Source: Azolla caroliniana
Taxonomy: Eukaryota > Plantae > Polypodiophyta
Assembly (NCBI GenBank): GCA_043228905.1
Contig: JBHGNT010000018.1
Location: 8,494,001 to 8,558,000 of the forward strand
DNA: 64,000 bases
Direction of reading: 5' to 3'
Shown: positions 39,496 through 52,308 of the stretch, in pieces
How the letters are laid out: every line of letters begins with the position of its first letter
How positions within the stretch are numbered: the stretch's first letter is position 1
The notes under the pieces: model-generated
What the model saw: only the letters and a program-made list of their open reading frames with translations
Database searches by the model: none
What the model was told of the DNA's origin: nothing
Position numbers and translations under genes: made by a program

Positions 39496-40550
39496 GCCGC
39501 GTCAGAGGTAGCAAAGGAAGCAATTTGGCTGCAACGACTATCGGCAGAATTTTCGACTAAGAGCCGAATCGTCCAAAATACTCTGACCCTATATTGCAAC
39601 TGACATAGGGCAATTCATCTTGTGCAGAACCCATCATTTATCACTCGAAGACGATGCACATAGAGGTGAGGTATCACCACATTCGGGAGCTCATCACCGA
39701 CAAGAAGCTCGAAGTCAGGAAGGTTGATACAGAGGTGAACACTACCGATAGCCTAACGAAGTTGCTCCCAAATCACCGCTTCAAAGCACTAAGAAGACAA
39801 ATGGGACTACAGCAAGCTGAAGGGAACAAGAAAACTAAATCAGAGGAAGTAGCAAAAGAGTCGAAGGTTGAGAGGGCCAAAATGTTGAAAAGGCCACAGA
39901 GTCTGAAAGAGCTAAAAGGTAGAAAGATGATCGAAGGACCGAAGGGTCGAAGGACCAATGGAGCCGTGCAAGCCGACTCAACCACTCCTGATCGAAGAAC
40001 TAGTTCTTAGCTTGTAATTTTCTAATTGTATTTTTAAATTCAAATTATATTTAAGTTTATTGGGGAGATAGAGCCGACAAATGATCGAAGGACCAAAGGG
40101 TTGAAGGACCAAAGGAGCCGTCCAAGCCGACTCAACCACTCCTAATTCAAGAACTAGTTCTTAGCTTGTAATTTTCTAATTGTATTTTTAAATTCAAATT
40201 ATATTTAAGTTTATGGGGGAGATAACCCCTAATCCATTGTAACAATTAGAGTGGTCCTTTTACAAGGGAGTTTGTTGGGCTAAAAGTTTTACTTTACCCA
40301 TTTGTATCCCAGTGTGAACACTCCATTTGGAGTTATGGCATAGTTACCCTAAGTATAATTATGGGGAACTAAGCCTTGTAAAGTAGTTCGGCGGGATTTG
40401 AAATAATACAGTTTCTCTTGAGCTCTAACTATGTAATTGTCTCTCATCTATTCTCTGTGTATCTTGGTGTGATTCAACAGTACACTACTCTTCTTATTAT
40501 TTCATTCTTGTTTGCATGTTCCTACTATCAAGATCCTTAATACTTCCACA
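39496..40550 (+). mobile_element. Copia RNase H end, 3' region with 154-bp duplication (39927 and 40081), probable LTR 40273-40550
   Basis: KEAIWL, HIEVRYHHIRE, DSLTK; AAGGGAG then TGTTG..CA. Confidence 0.7.
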
Positions 40551-43035
40551 TAAGTCAACCAACCTCACATAGTAGTCGACCAAGGCACCACACATATTGC
40601 CTTCAAAGAATTCTTTAATATTTATGGGTATTCAAGCTACATCACAAATGCCAACTACCCAACATGGGAGCAAGGAGCAAGTCAGGTAATGTATTGTTTG
40701 GAAACATGTAACCACGATCATGTGCTTAGCAACATTTGACATGCCAAGAACCCTAAAGAAGCATGGGAGAGCTTGAAGAAACTTTTCACCGCCAACACGA
40801 CCACCCGCAAGCTTCAACTCCGGCAAGAGTTGAACAACATTCGGTAAATGGACATGTCCGTGTTGGGTTACACAGTAGGATCAAGATTATTTGCGACTCT
40901 CTTGGCTCCATCAACATAAATGTCGACGAAGATGAGATGGTTCAAGTATTCCTGGGCAACCTCACACAACAATTCAACCCAATAAGGACGACAATTTTGG
41001 CGAGAGAAAAACCGTCATCATTCTTTGACCTCTAATCCATGTTATTGGTGGAAGAGAATCATGTTAGAACAAAGAGCATGTTGTCGGAAGGACAGATGTT
41101 CTTCTCAAATTTGGAAGGCAGTCGAGGACGAGGTCGAGGCGGAAGAGGTCGTTTCGGCGGAGGCAGAGGAGGACAAGTTGGATGGAATCACGAAGGTAAG
41201 TCAAACCTTCGGCAAGAAAACAGAAAAAGGGGGAGCTTCCATTCCGAACAAGGTTGGCAAAACAAGCCCTTCACTTGCAACTACTATGGGAAGATTAGCC
41301 ACCGCGAAGAGGAGTGCCGGAAAAAGAGAAGCGAGTCGGCTTCTACAAGTCGACAACTCACTAACTATGCCACCAACTCCGACTTTGAAGACAACAATGG
41401 AATGTTTTTCATGCAACATAAGGCTAATTCCATGTCGGCATCCAACTCCACCAACACCTCCAATTCAAAAGGTGTGTGGTTCGTCGACTACAACGCCTCA
41501 AATCACATGGCGTCCCACGAGGACTGCTTCAACGACTTGCGTACGCCCGATCGACCTGGCTACATAGAGACGGCAAAAAAAATTGCATCGAGAATGTCTT
41601 GCATGTTCCTACAATAACAAAGAATTTGGTCTCAGTTGACCAAATCGCAGAGCAAGGCATGCAAGTCCATTTCAACAATGGAGACTGCTTTATCGAAAAG
41701 AATGGCCGACTCATTACCAGAGGATGGAGATAAGACTGAATGTTTATTCTCGACTCAGATGAGGTAAAATCGGCCATGTATGCCAAAGGACTCAAGGTTG
41801 AAATGAATATTGAGTTGTGGCACAAGACAATTAGCCACGTCATCCTCCAACTGCTTCGAGTTATGCAGTCGAAGGGAGTTGTCGTCAGACTTCTAGCCTT
41901 TGAGTCGAAAGGACTCAACAGAGTGCGTGAACCATGTCAACACGGCAAACAACATTGATTCCCATTCCCAAAGGAAAGACACGTAAGTAAAGGCCTCCTT
42001 GACTTGATTCACTCTGATATATGGGGGCTGGCTCAAAAGCCGATGATCAGAGGATGTTGATACTATATCACTTTCATCGACAACTATTACACATGGATAT
42101 TCCCAATGAAGAAGAAGAGTGAAGTTCACGTGGATATTCCCGATGAAGAGTCAAGAGCCAAGTGGAGAAATGGGTCGCCTACGATCGAATGGAGGAAATG
42201 AGTACTTCTCTGACGAATTTATCTTCTATCTCCAAGGTGAGGGAAAAAAGAGAGAATTTTTATGCCGACACACACCCCAATAGGTGTAGCTGAAAGAAAG
42301 AATGGGCACATACTTAAGATAGCGGCCGAACAAGAGCCCAAAAGCTTTAAGGAAGCGGCTCGAGAACCACCTAGATCCAAGTCAAAGTCACATCTGAATG
42401 TTGTATGTCGACTCAAGAAGCTTCTCTACGGACTGAAGCAAGTGCCATGGGCTTGGCATTCAAAGATCACGCAATTCTTGCACCAAAACGGATTTCAGAT
42501 GTCCAAGTCTGACAATTCCTTGTTCATCCGAAGAAACACGAATGGTCAAATCTTCATCAAAAATATATGCCAATGACTTGGTAATTGGTGGTGAACACTT
42601 AGCCAACATCAACAAGGTCAAGATGCTCCTCTCCGGAAAGTTCCAAATGAAAGACATGAAAGAACTTCATTACTTCCTGAGAATCGAGGTCATCCGAATT
42701 GGCAACAACATCATGCTCTCTCAATGCCACTACATCTTGAATCTTCTTTTCAAGATCAGCATGATGAACCACAAGCCAATATCGACTCCCCTCGACCACA
42801 ACATGAAATTTCACACAAACTTCGGCACACCATGTGAGGCGACTCAATATCGGCAAATCATTGGGAATCTCATCTACCTAACTATCACTCGACCTTACCT
42901 TAGCTATCCAGTCGGCCTCCTTAGCCAATTCATGCAAACACTGTGTGACACACATTTGCATTGTGCTAAGCGAGTCTTACGATACATTAGTGGGACTATG
43001 GATTGGGGAATCTTCTATAAGACATGAGTGACTAC
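40551..43035 (+). mobile_element. Decayed copia internal region (gag to RT) with deletions
   Basis: CNYYGKISHREEEC, WFVDYNASNHM, LWHK, LKKLLYGLKQ, YLTITRP. Confidence 0.85.
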
Positions 43036-43168
43036 TGTCAGGAACAGTACTAAGACAAAGAAGGAATTAGTACTAAAAGATGAGGATTAGTACTAAGAGA
43101 GATGTAGAACTCTCGAGAGAAGGAAAGAGTGAGAGAGAGAGGGGGAGAGAGAGAGAGAGAGTGAAAGA
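43036..43168 (-). mobile_element. U5 end of chromovirus family A LTR in reverse orientation
   Basis: TGTCAGGAACAGTACTAAGACA is the reverse complement of the LTR ends near 44651 and 45845. Confidence 0.8.
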
Positions 43169-44513
43169 GCGTGATCTTAACAGTAGTAGATCGATATACG
43201 AAGATGGCCCATTTCCTGCCATGTACTAAGGTAATCTCCAGTGAAGAAACCGCTGAAACTATCATGCGTGAAGTATGTCGGCATCATGGCCTTCCCGATA
43301 GCATCATCAGCGACCGTGGACCCCAAATCGCCTCGAAATTCTGGAAGCACCTCTTTAAAATGCTCAAGGTCACTTGTAACCTCTCCTCAGGCTACCACCC
43401 ACAAACAAACGGCCAAGCAGAACAAACAAATCAAACACTAGAGCAGTATCTTCGGTGCTTTCTAAGCTATCATCAAGATGACTGGGCGGATATTCTCTAC
43501 TTCGCCGAATTTTCGTATAATAACTCTGTCCACTTATCGACAAAGGTTACACCATTTTATGCTTATACGGGTTGTCACCCTCAGTGTTGTGTATTTGAAA
43601 CCCCGGAGTTACCGACAAATCCTTGCTCAGAGGATCGTTTGGAGCGGTTACACAAGATACAAGAGGATTTATCTACTCATCTACAACAAGCTCAACAAAC
43701 ACACAAGGTTTATACGGATCGTCATCGCCTTCCATCCAGTTTTAACATTGGAGATCGGGTATGGCTACTATGAAGACACAACAAGACTACTCGCCCATGC
43801 AAGAAGTTGGATTATCGATGATTAGGTCCTTTCCATATTATCGGAAAAATTAATGATGTCGCTTTTCATCTTGATCTACCTCCACAACTTCGGATACATC
43901 CAGTGTTTCATAGTTCTCTCCTCGAACCCTATCAAGACAGCACAATCCCAGGTCGTATTAAACAACCTCCACCCCAAATCGAACATGAAGATGGACTTGA
44001 GTACGAGGTTGGCGTCATCCTCGATTCCAAGATTGTTCACAACAAGCTCTACTATTTAGTCGATTGGCTAGGATATAGTCCCAACGAGCGTACTTGAGAA
44101 CCAATAGAGAATGTGACCAATGCTCGTGCTTTTCTTGAAGACTTCCATCATCAATATCCAGACAAACCGGGTCCTCAATCCAAAACGACTCGTGACAGTC
44201 GTCGTTTTAAAGGGGGGATAGTGTCATGATATTGAAAGACTCAAACCCATGACCTTCTGTTACATGGGTCGAGCTCTTGACCATTAGACTATATGTTGTA
44301 ATACGAAGGATATTATTTTCATTTAAGTTTTACTATAAAAAATTGATGTATATTCCAGATTTCTCTGGAACATTCTAGAAACTTCAGGATTACTCGTAAG
44401 ACACAATAAAAGGAGGCACAAGGCATTATTTCGAACCTAATCACTTCAACGCCCGTCTTAAGCCTCCTAGCCATCCTTGTATATTCTTTTCACATAATAT
44501 ATCGTTGTCATCA

Positions 44514-44559
<46 letters not shown>

Positions 44560-44651
44560 TCTCTCGAGTGTCCTACACCCTCTTTTCCTCTTATTACTAA
44601 TATTCATATCTTCGTACTAATTTCCTCTCTGTCTCAGTACTACTCATGACA
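43169..44651 (+). mobile_element. Chromovirus (Tcn1-like) family A: integrase, GPF motif, chromodomain, PPT, LTR 44222-44651
   Basis: VVDRYTKMAHF, ISDRGPQ, YHPQTNGQAE, YEV..ILD..YLVDWLGY chromodomain; AAAGGGGGGATAG then TGTCATGA..TCATGACA. Confidence 0.92.
44238..44291 (-). promoter_or_regulatory. tRNA-like Pol III module at the start of chromovirus LTR U3 (antisense)
   Basis: Reverse complement TAGTCTAATGG TCAAGAGC..AGGTCATGGGTTTGAGTC; A and B boxes at tRNA spacing. Confidence 0.6.
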
Positions 44652-44659
44652 GTTTGAAC

Positions 44660-45472
44660 CAATTTAACACATGAGCATTCTAAAAGTAGGCAAGGTTTTT
44701 GTGATCACTAAATACGATGACTGATGAGAAGATCCCTCTAGAAAATGCCTCCATTGCGTAAAAGAGTCCATTATTGCTAATAGCTCCTTATCATGAATTT
44801 CATAGTTGATTTCAGCGGTGTCAAACTTTCGTGAGTGGAAAGCCACAGGATGTAGCTTTTCGTCATCGCCTTGTTGTGACAGAAAGCTACCCAAGGCGAA
44901 ATCCAACGCGTCTGCTTCAATGATGAATGGTTTTTCCAGATCAACATGAGCTAGAATAGGATCTGATGTAAATGCCTTCTTAAGACTCTCAAAAGCCATG
45001 TCTGCTTCTTCAAACCAAACGAACGATTGTCCCTTCCTGGTAAGATATGTGAGAGGCAGAACAAGCTTTGAGTAATCCTGTATAAACTTGTGGTAGAAAT
45101 TGGCAAAGCCTAAAAAGCATTGCACATCTCGCAACGAACACGGAGTCTGCCACTCTACCATTGTTTTGACCTTAGCTTGATCAATGGACATGCCTTCCGA
45201 GGAAATGACATAGCCCAGAAATTCTACCTGGTTGCACCCGAAACTACATTTTTCCAGCTTTGCATAAAGACCATGTTCTCAAAGTCATTTTAGTACTAAC
45301 AGTACATGAGTATCATACTCTTCTTGGTTCTTCAAATAAACCAGTAGATCATCCAAATAGATGATCAAACAAACATCCAAGAGATCTCGGAATATATTAT
45401 TTGCCATGTGTTGGAAGACTGTTGGTGCATTAGTGAGGCCGAATGGCATGACCATATACTCGAAGTGCCCAT
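44660..45472 (-). mobile_element. Inverted chromovirus RT-RNase H fragment
   Basis: [40 protein letters not shown]. Confidence 0.9.
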
Positions 45473-47861
45473 TAGACTATATATTGTAATACGAAGGATA
45501 TTAATTTCATTTAAGTTTTACTATAGAAAATAGATGTATATTCTAGATTTATCTGGAACATTCTAGAAACTTTAGGAATACTCCTGAGAACACTATAAAA
45601 GGAGGCACAAAGCATTATTTCGAACCACATCGGTTCAATGCTAGCCTTAAGCCTCTTAGCTACTACTGTATATTCTCTTCACATAATATATATCTTTTAG
45701 TATCATCATTCTCTCTCTCTCTCTCTATCGATCTCCCTCACTCTTTCCTTCTCTTGAGAGTTCTACACCTCCCTTAGTACTAATTTCTTGTCTGTCTTAG
45801 TACTGTTCTTGACAGTACTTCTTTGTCTTAGTATTGTTCGTGACAGTTTGAACCGATATCTAGACTCCTTCCTTCTCTTCCTTTTATCTTCTTACTTCTC
45901 CATCCCTTCATATTAATCTCTTATTCCTCTTTTCTCCCATATTATGGCCACTATTAGCGCTCAAGAATATCAATCCATTTTCTCAGAGTTGCAATGCTTG
46001 AAAGAGACGTTTCTCGCATTGGAACAAGAAAATCAACGATTGTTGGGGGAGCTTCAACAAATCTCCTTAGAGAAGTAGCAAACGCAACAACAACATGGGG
46101 AACTAGTGTTACGCGTGCAACAGCTCGAAGTGACCATTGTAGCGTTGAAACAACAAGGACCAAGTATGCAAGGGATTCATAAAGAACCCAAGATTGGCGT
46201 TACTATGAAATTCGATGGAATGCGATCACAGTTTAGAGGATTCCTTAATCAGGTACGATTAGTCCTTCAAATGCATCCCTCTCGATACCCCACCGATGCA
46301 TCATCAGTGGGTCTAGTAGGCACGTTGTTAAGTGGCTCAGCTTTAGCATGGTTCGCTCCGTTGTTAGAAAAGGAATCTCCATTACTAAACAATTTTGAAG
46401 AGTTTATAAGTGAGTTTAAAGCCTGATTTTGAGATACTGATAGCATAAGGATAGCAATCAACAAAATCCAACGATTACGTCAAGGTGATTGTCCAGCCTC
46501 CGTATACGCCGCAGATTTCCGTCTACTCGCCTCCAATATCCCCTGGGATGACCAAGCATTAATGGAGCAATTTCATTATGGCCTACATAACGATGTCAAG
46601 GATTTACTCTTGACCTTCCTCGAAGAACCAAAGTCATTGACAGAAGTAATCAGTCGCGCAGTACGATGCGATAACCGCCTCTTCGAACAACGTTCAGAAC
46701 GTCAGTTTCAAATGCCGAGGGCAAGATCGGAGCCCACCTACGCTTCAGTTGTAGCAAAGCCTTTCCCAAGGTAGTCATTTAATACGTCTCCAACAAATAC
46801 TCCGACTCCAATCGAAATCGACACCACACGTCGTCGCGGACCACTATCAGAAGAAGAAAAGCAGTGACACCAGGAAAATCAATTATGTCTTTATTGCGGT
46901 GGATCGGGGCATATTGCTGTGAACTATCCCCATCGACCAAGAAGGCAGGTAAATAAAATAACCGCTAGTACTAATAGTACTAAACCTGAGTCTATTTCTC
47001 TAGGTGTGTCTGATAGTCCTAATAGCCAAAGCCTTTCAAACAAATTTGAAATCCTTAGTCAACTAGAAGAAGAGATAAACAATTAAGTCTAGCCAAAATA
47101 GGAGTCGTTCGGTTGGAAGGCCCTAGATCTGTACAGCCCATTAATGGTTCCATTTCCTCAAAGCAAGTTAGCAATGTTTTCTTAGCTCAAGTAATGGTTA
47201 GTACTAAAAGTACTCCTCCAATACATGCCTTAGCACTCTTAGATTCTGGAGCCAACTCTTGCTTCATGGATATGAATTTTGCCCAAGCTCATCAGATATC
47301 CCTAAGAAAACTTTCTTGCCCAGCATGTGTAGTAGTTGTTGATGGTCGTCCCATTACTTCCGGAAAAATCGTAGAGGAGTCAGAGCTCATTCAAGTTGTC
47401 CTAGATAACTTGGTGTGTGTAGTATCATTTAATATAATTAGTCCAGATCATCCAATTGTCTGGGGGTTACCGTGGTTCGAATTACATAACCCATACATAG
47501 ATTGGAGAACAAGAGAAATCCGGTATCGACAAATCCGAGGATCTACACATAAGATTGCAACCATTTTCCTACATCAATTGCGTGAGGAAGGACGCAAGGA
47601 AGCAATGTTTGTCTTCGTGGTATTAGTAAAACCTTCCAACACCACTAAAGAGGAATCCACAGTTCAGCTTTGAGAGAAGTATCGTCAATATGCCGATGTG
47701 TTCGATAAGGTACAAGCCAATACACTTCCTCACCACCGACCGTATGATTGCCCAATTGATTTATAACAGGGAAAAGAGCCACCATGGGGACCGATGTACA
47801 ATTTGTCGCCAACCAAGCTAGAAGTCCTTGGAGCCTATATTGAGGATAATTTGGCAAACGG
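45469..47861 (+). mobile_element. Chromovirus family A: 5'-truncated LTR (to 45845), gag, protease, RT start
   Basis: KFDG.RSQFRGFL gag, LCLYCG..GH knuckle, ALLDSGANSCF protease, PPHRPYDCPIDL. Confidence 0.9.
45848..45857 (+). promoter_or_regulatory. Self-priming PBS
   Basis: TTGAACCGAT is complementary to ATCGGTTCAA (45629-45638), which lies about 35 nt from the start of TATAAAA (45594-45600). Confidence 0.8.
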
Positions 47862-50817
47862 TGTCACGAATGAACAATTGGAGATAAAGAGATGGGGAAG
47901 TTGATGAGATAGGGAGATCGAGAAGTTGATGACAATGAGTAAAAAAATATATTCCATGACTGGTGTGGATCTCCTTGATGTTAACAAGGGAGATCAACCC
48001 TTTTTATACATGTAGTGATGCATGATAAGCATGCTCATGCCAAGTCTTACATACTGGGTCTTACATATTGAGTCTTACATACCACTCTTTATACAAAGGT
48101 TTGAAGTCTAAAGTTTGTCTAGGAGAAATATATATATACAAGGGCCTACGATTCACATTCGAGTCGATGTTCATGACATTATCCTCCCCTTAAGTGCCGA
48201 CTTCAAGAAGGTGCAGGTTTCTAAGGATATTAGAGATGAAAATCATGAACCAGTTCCGGGGCATTTAGTAAATTTCTAGCGGGCTCCCATGTAGCCTCAG
48301 AGATGGGATATCCTTTCCGTAATACAAGATACTAGAGCTTTCGTCGGCTCTTCTGCGAGTCCAGAATGGCCTCGACTTCATACTCATCCCCGATCGCCAA
48401 AGCCACAATGGGAGGTGGCTCGATGCTTCTTCTTGGAATTGAGGATGGATGCTAGAGCTCAAGAAGTGATGCATGGAAAACATTGTGAATTCGGTAGTGT
48501 GATGGAAGAGCAAGACGGAAAGCCACAGGGTTAACTTTATCAATGATGCGGAATGCACCCAACTTTTTGTAATCAAGTTTGTTGCATGGGCGAGTTGTCG
48601 GAATATGCCGATGTAATACCCAGACTATGGGCGAGTTGTTGATCAGGCTTCTTTGTGTCGTTCTTGAGCAATGACAGTTCTAGGGATAGGTCATGATGCA
48701 CTTCTTTCATCAGACGAGCTCGTTCTTCCGCAGATGGATTCACACAACTAACAAGGATAGCTATGCTAAAGCATGGGTGGAACCCATAATTTGCGAAGAA
48801 GGGTGTTACGCTAGTTGATGTGTGGAGAGTATTGTTGTAGGCGAACTCAGCCATTGGAAGAAATTTGATCCAATCATCTTGTCGATAACTTATCATACAT
48901 CGGAGATATTGCTGTAGGATCTGATTTACTCGTTCCGTTTGGCCGTTTGTCTCAGGATGGAAGGTTGTTGAAAATTTTGTGGAAGTTCCAAGAGTCTAGA
49001 AGAGGCGCTTCCAGAAATGAGACATAAATTGGGGACCACGATCAGAGATAATGTCATCCGGTAAACCATGAAGGCACACAATATTTGTTAGCAATAGATC
49101 TACTGTTTCCATCCCTGAAATTGCTTTAGAACATGGAATAAAATGTGCCATCTTTGTGAATCTATCCACCACCACCAATACTGAATTGAATCCCTCAATG
49201 TCGGGAAGGTCGGTGATAAAATCCGTCGAGATGGAGGCCCATGGCCTACTTGGAATTGGCAAAGGTTGAAGCAGACCGTAGGGACGATGATGTACTACTT
49301 TGGCGCAAGCACATGTATCACATGTTTTCACAAATTGTTTAACAAGTTTCCAAGGTTGCGGCCACCAATAACTTCTAGAGATTAACTCCAAAGTTTTTGC
49401 AACACCAAAATGTCCAGCTAGGGCATCATCATGGCATTCCTTCATGATACGGATACGACAAGGACCATCTGGGACATACATTAAGTTGTTCCGGAAAAGA
49501 AAACCATCTCGAAACATAAATTGGTCTTGACTATTCTGTACCTCTTTTATGGTTAATTTGTTGACTCAATTCTTCTTAATTTCTTTTGCAAATTTGTCGG
49601 TGGCAGTATCTATGGCTATTGCATTAAGTAATGATTCATCCTCACCCATATAAGCTACAAAGACTTAAATCTGAGGTGACTATAGGAGACAACGTGATTG
49701 TTGATTGTAGGTCTCATCTCTTGGTCGGATTTAAAATTCCGAACACCGAGATAGGGCATCGGCTTTACTATGTTGGGCACCGGCACGAAAAACAATTTCA
49801 AAGTCGTAGTCAGCCCGGAAGGTTGACCATCGTGCTTGCCTCCGGTTCAAAATGCGAGTTAGTGGTGAAGTAGACGAGGTTCCTGTGATCGGTCACCACC
49901 TAGACACGGTGTTGGGCGCCGGCTAAGTAAGGACGCCATTCTTCAAAGGATGCAATAATGGCAGAGAGTTCTTTATCATAAACTAGGTAGTTGATCTAGG
50001 GAGGTGTGAACTTCCGAGAATAAAAGGCAACAGGATAAAGAATTGCATTGTTATCCGATTGAGAGAGAAAGGCACTGATGGCGAAGTTAGAGGCATCAAT
50101 TTCGATCGTAAATGGTTTGGTCAGATCTGGGTGTAGAAGTATCGGAGCCGAGGTAAAAGCTTTCTTTAGTATCTCAAATGCTAGTTGGGTTCTAGGAGTC
50201 CAGCAAAAAAGGGAATCCTTCTGAGTGAGTGATATAAGTGGTTGCGCCAATGTAGAGAATCCTTGACCCTGGTGGGAACTTCCCACTCTTGAACCATTTC
50301 GACTTTCTTCTCGTCCATAGTGACACCATAGTTCGGGGATTAGAGGTAGTGGATAGCGGTTTCAAACCGTGACTCGATTGAGCCCGCGATAGTCGATACA
50401 TAGGCGTAACGTTCCATCTTTCTTTTTGACAAATAGAATAGGAGAGCCAGCTGGAGATTTTGAGTGGCGAATGAATCCCTTTGCGAAATTCTCTTCAATG
50501 TATATTTTGAGGGTCTTGAATTCAGGTTCAGATAACCCATAGATAGGGCCAAATGGAGGACAAGAACCATCTTTCAAGTCAATTGGACAATCGTATGCGC
50601 GATGTTCAAGCAGTTGATCAACATTTTTCTTCTCAAATACATCAGAGAAATCATTGTATTTTGATGGAAAAGAGCTAGTACATAGAGTAGTATCTGGAGT
50701 GGACATGACCGCCATGTCCTTAGAATTAGAAATGGATGCAATCGGCATTGTATCGCTTACCCGAGCAAGAGTTGGAACTGTTTCTGAGGCCAACACAGAA
50801 CTAACTATTGATGTTGT

Positions 50818-51050
50818 TTCTATTGGAGCAACCGTTGACATGGTTCTCAGTGAAGAGGAAATGGGAGCGACCGATAACCTGGTCCTCACCGGAGCAGAAA
50901 CATGAGTGGGAACAACCATTGACGTGGTCCTCACTAGAGCAAAAACTGGAATCGGAACAACCATTGATGTGGTTCTCACTGGAGCAAAAATGGGAGTTGT
51001 CCCCGAAACATGAGTGGGAGCAACCGTTCAGATGGTCCTCACCGGAGTAG
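50818..51050 (-). repeat. About five diverged 39-45 bp repeats between protease and RT
   Basis: [18 protein letters not shown] peptide repeats in ORF 50362-50979. Confidence 0.8.
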
Positions 51051-52299
51051 GCGGCCAAACAAATGGCGGAGCATTGGCTCGAAGAAGGGTGGACGTAATC
51101 CTTTGTGAGTGAAAATTCGAGGTGAAGTTGATGGAGCGAGATTGCCAATCCACGACTGGATTGTGAGTCTCGAGCCATGATAACCCCAAGATGATAGGAT
51201 GTTGAGGTGATGTGATGAGGTTAAAAGTGATTTCTTCCTCGTGGGCTCCTATGTGGAGACCCAAGTGAATTGTTGTATCTGTGATGCCACCAGAAGAGAG
51301 CGTTCGACCGTCGATCACTTCAATTGGAATCGGGACAGTTATTTTGTTTCTTGGAATGTTGTGTTTCCATGCAAACGTGATGTCAATAAAGCACGACGTA
51401 GCCCTAGAATCCAACAAAGCTTTTGTCTTTAGAGTGGTAGAGCCAAACTGAAGAGTGATCGGAAGCATGAAGCTTGTTGTCAAGGAAGTCGGTTGATTGG
51501 GCCCTTGACATAATTGTCGACTCTTGTGGACAAGATGCACAACCCCTACTACAACTGGACATTGGAGTTTCCCTGCTGGCAGAAAATGTCAACCCCATCC
51601 ACACGATGTGGTATTTGACGGGGTCCCTTTTTTGGGCAAGAGCAGATCAAATGGTCATGGCCGCCACAATAGAGACATAAATTGTTGTCCCGTCGATGTT
51701 GTCGTTGCGCGTTAGTCTATGGTCGGTAGCGAATTCGATCGATCTCCATTGGCAAGCTAGAATCCGTGGCAGGAGTTGAAGATGAAGTGGAGGATGACAT
51801 GGGAAGCGGGGTCATCAACCATGGTAGGTGACTTCGCGTAGCGGCTGGCCAAGGTGGATGGATACAGTGAGGATGTTCCTCTTGCCGGAACTCAAAGACA
51901 CAATTATCGTAGCACACAACTTGGGAAATAGCCTCATTCAAAGATGTGGGCTCAGGAAAGTTAAGTAAAAGATTTTTTATCTCACCTCATAATCCTCAGC
52001 GGAATTGATCGAGGAGGACTTGTCTGTCCCATTCAACATCGCACGCAAGCTGACAAAATTCAGATGCATAGATTGTTTCATCAAATTTTTCTGGCAAGCT
52101 GACATTGGGTTCTACAGCATAAGGGTCATCAATCGGGTGAGGTATAACCGTTGTGGCGACCTGAAGTTCTTGAACAAAGTTTCGCAAGTTCTCATTCTCA
52201 TGTTGGAGTTGTTGCACGACCGCCAAAATTTGCTCAAGATTACTAGATGATTCTGACATGATAGTGTATTGAGAAAGAAGGAAAGAAGGAAAGAAAAAC

Positions 52300-52308
52300 G
52301 GAGATCAA
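52300..52308 (-). promoter_or_regulatory. Self-priming PBS, family B
   Basis: Minus-strand TTGATCTCC is complementary to minus-strand GGAGATCAA (52423-52415), about 34 nt from the TATA start at 52457. Confidence 0.75.

Noticed and set aside
48095-48170. tRNA-like module in the chromovirus B LTR
   Set aside because: Only a partial TTCGAGTC; no convincing A box or stems
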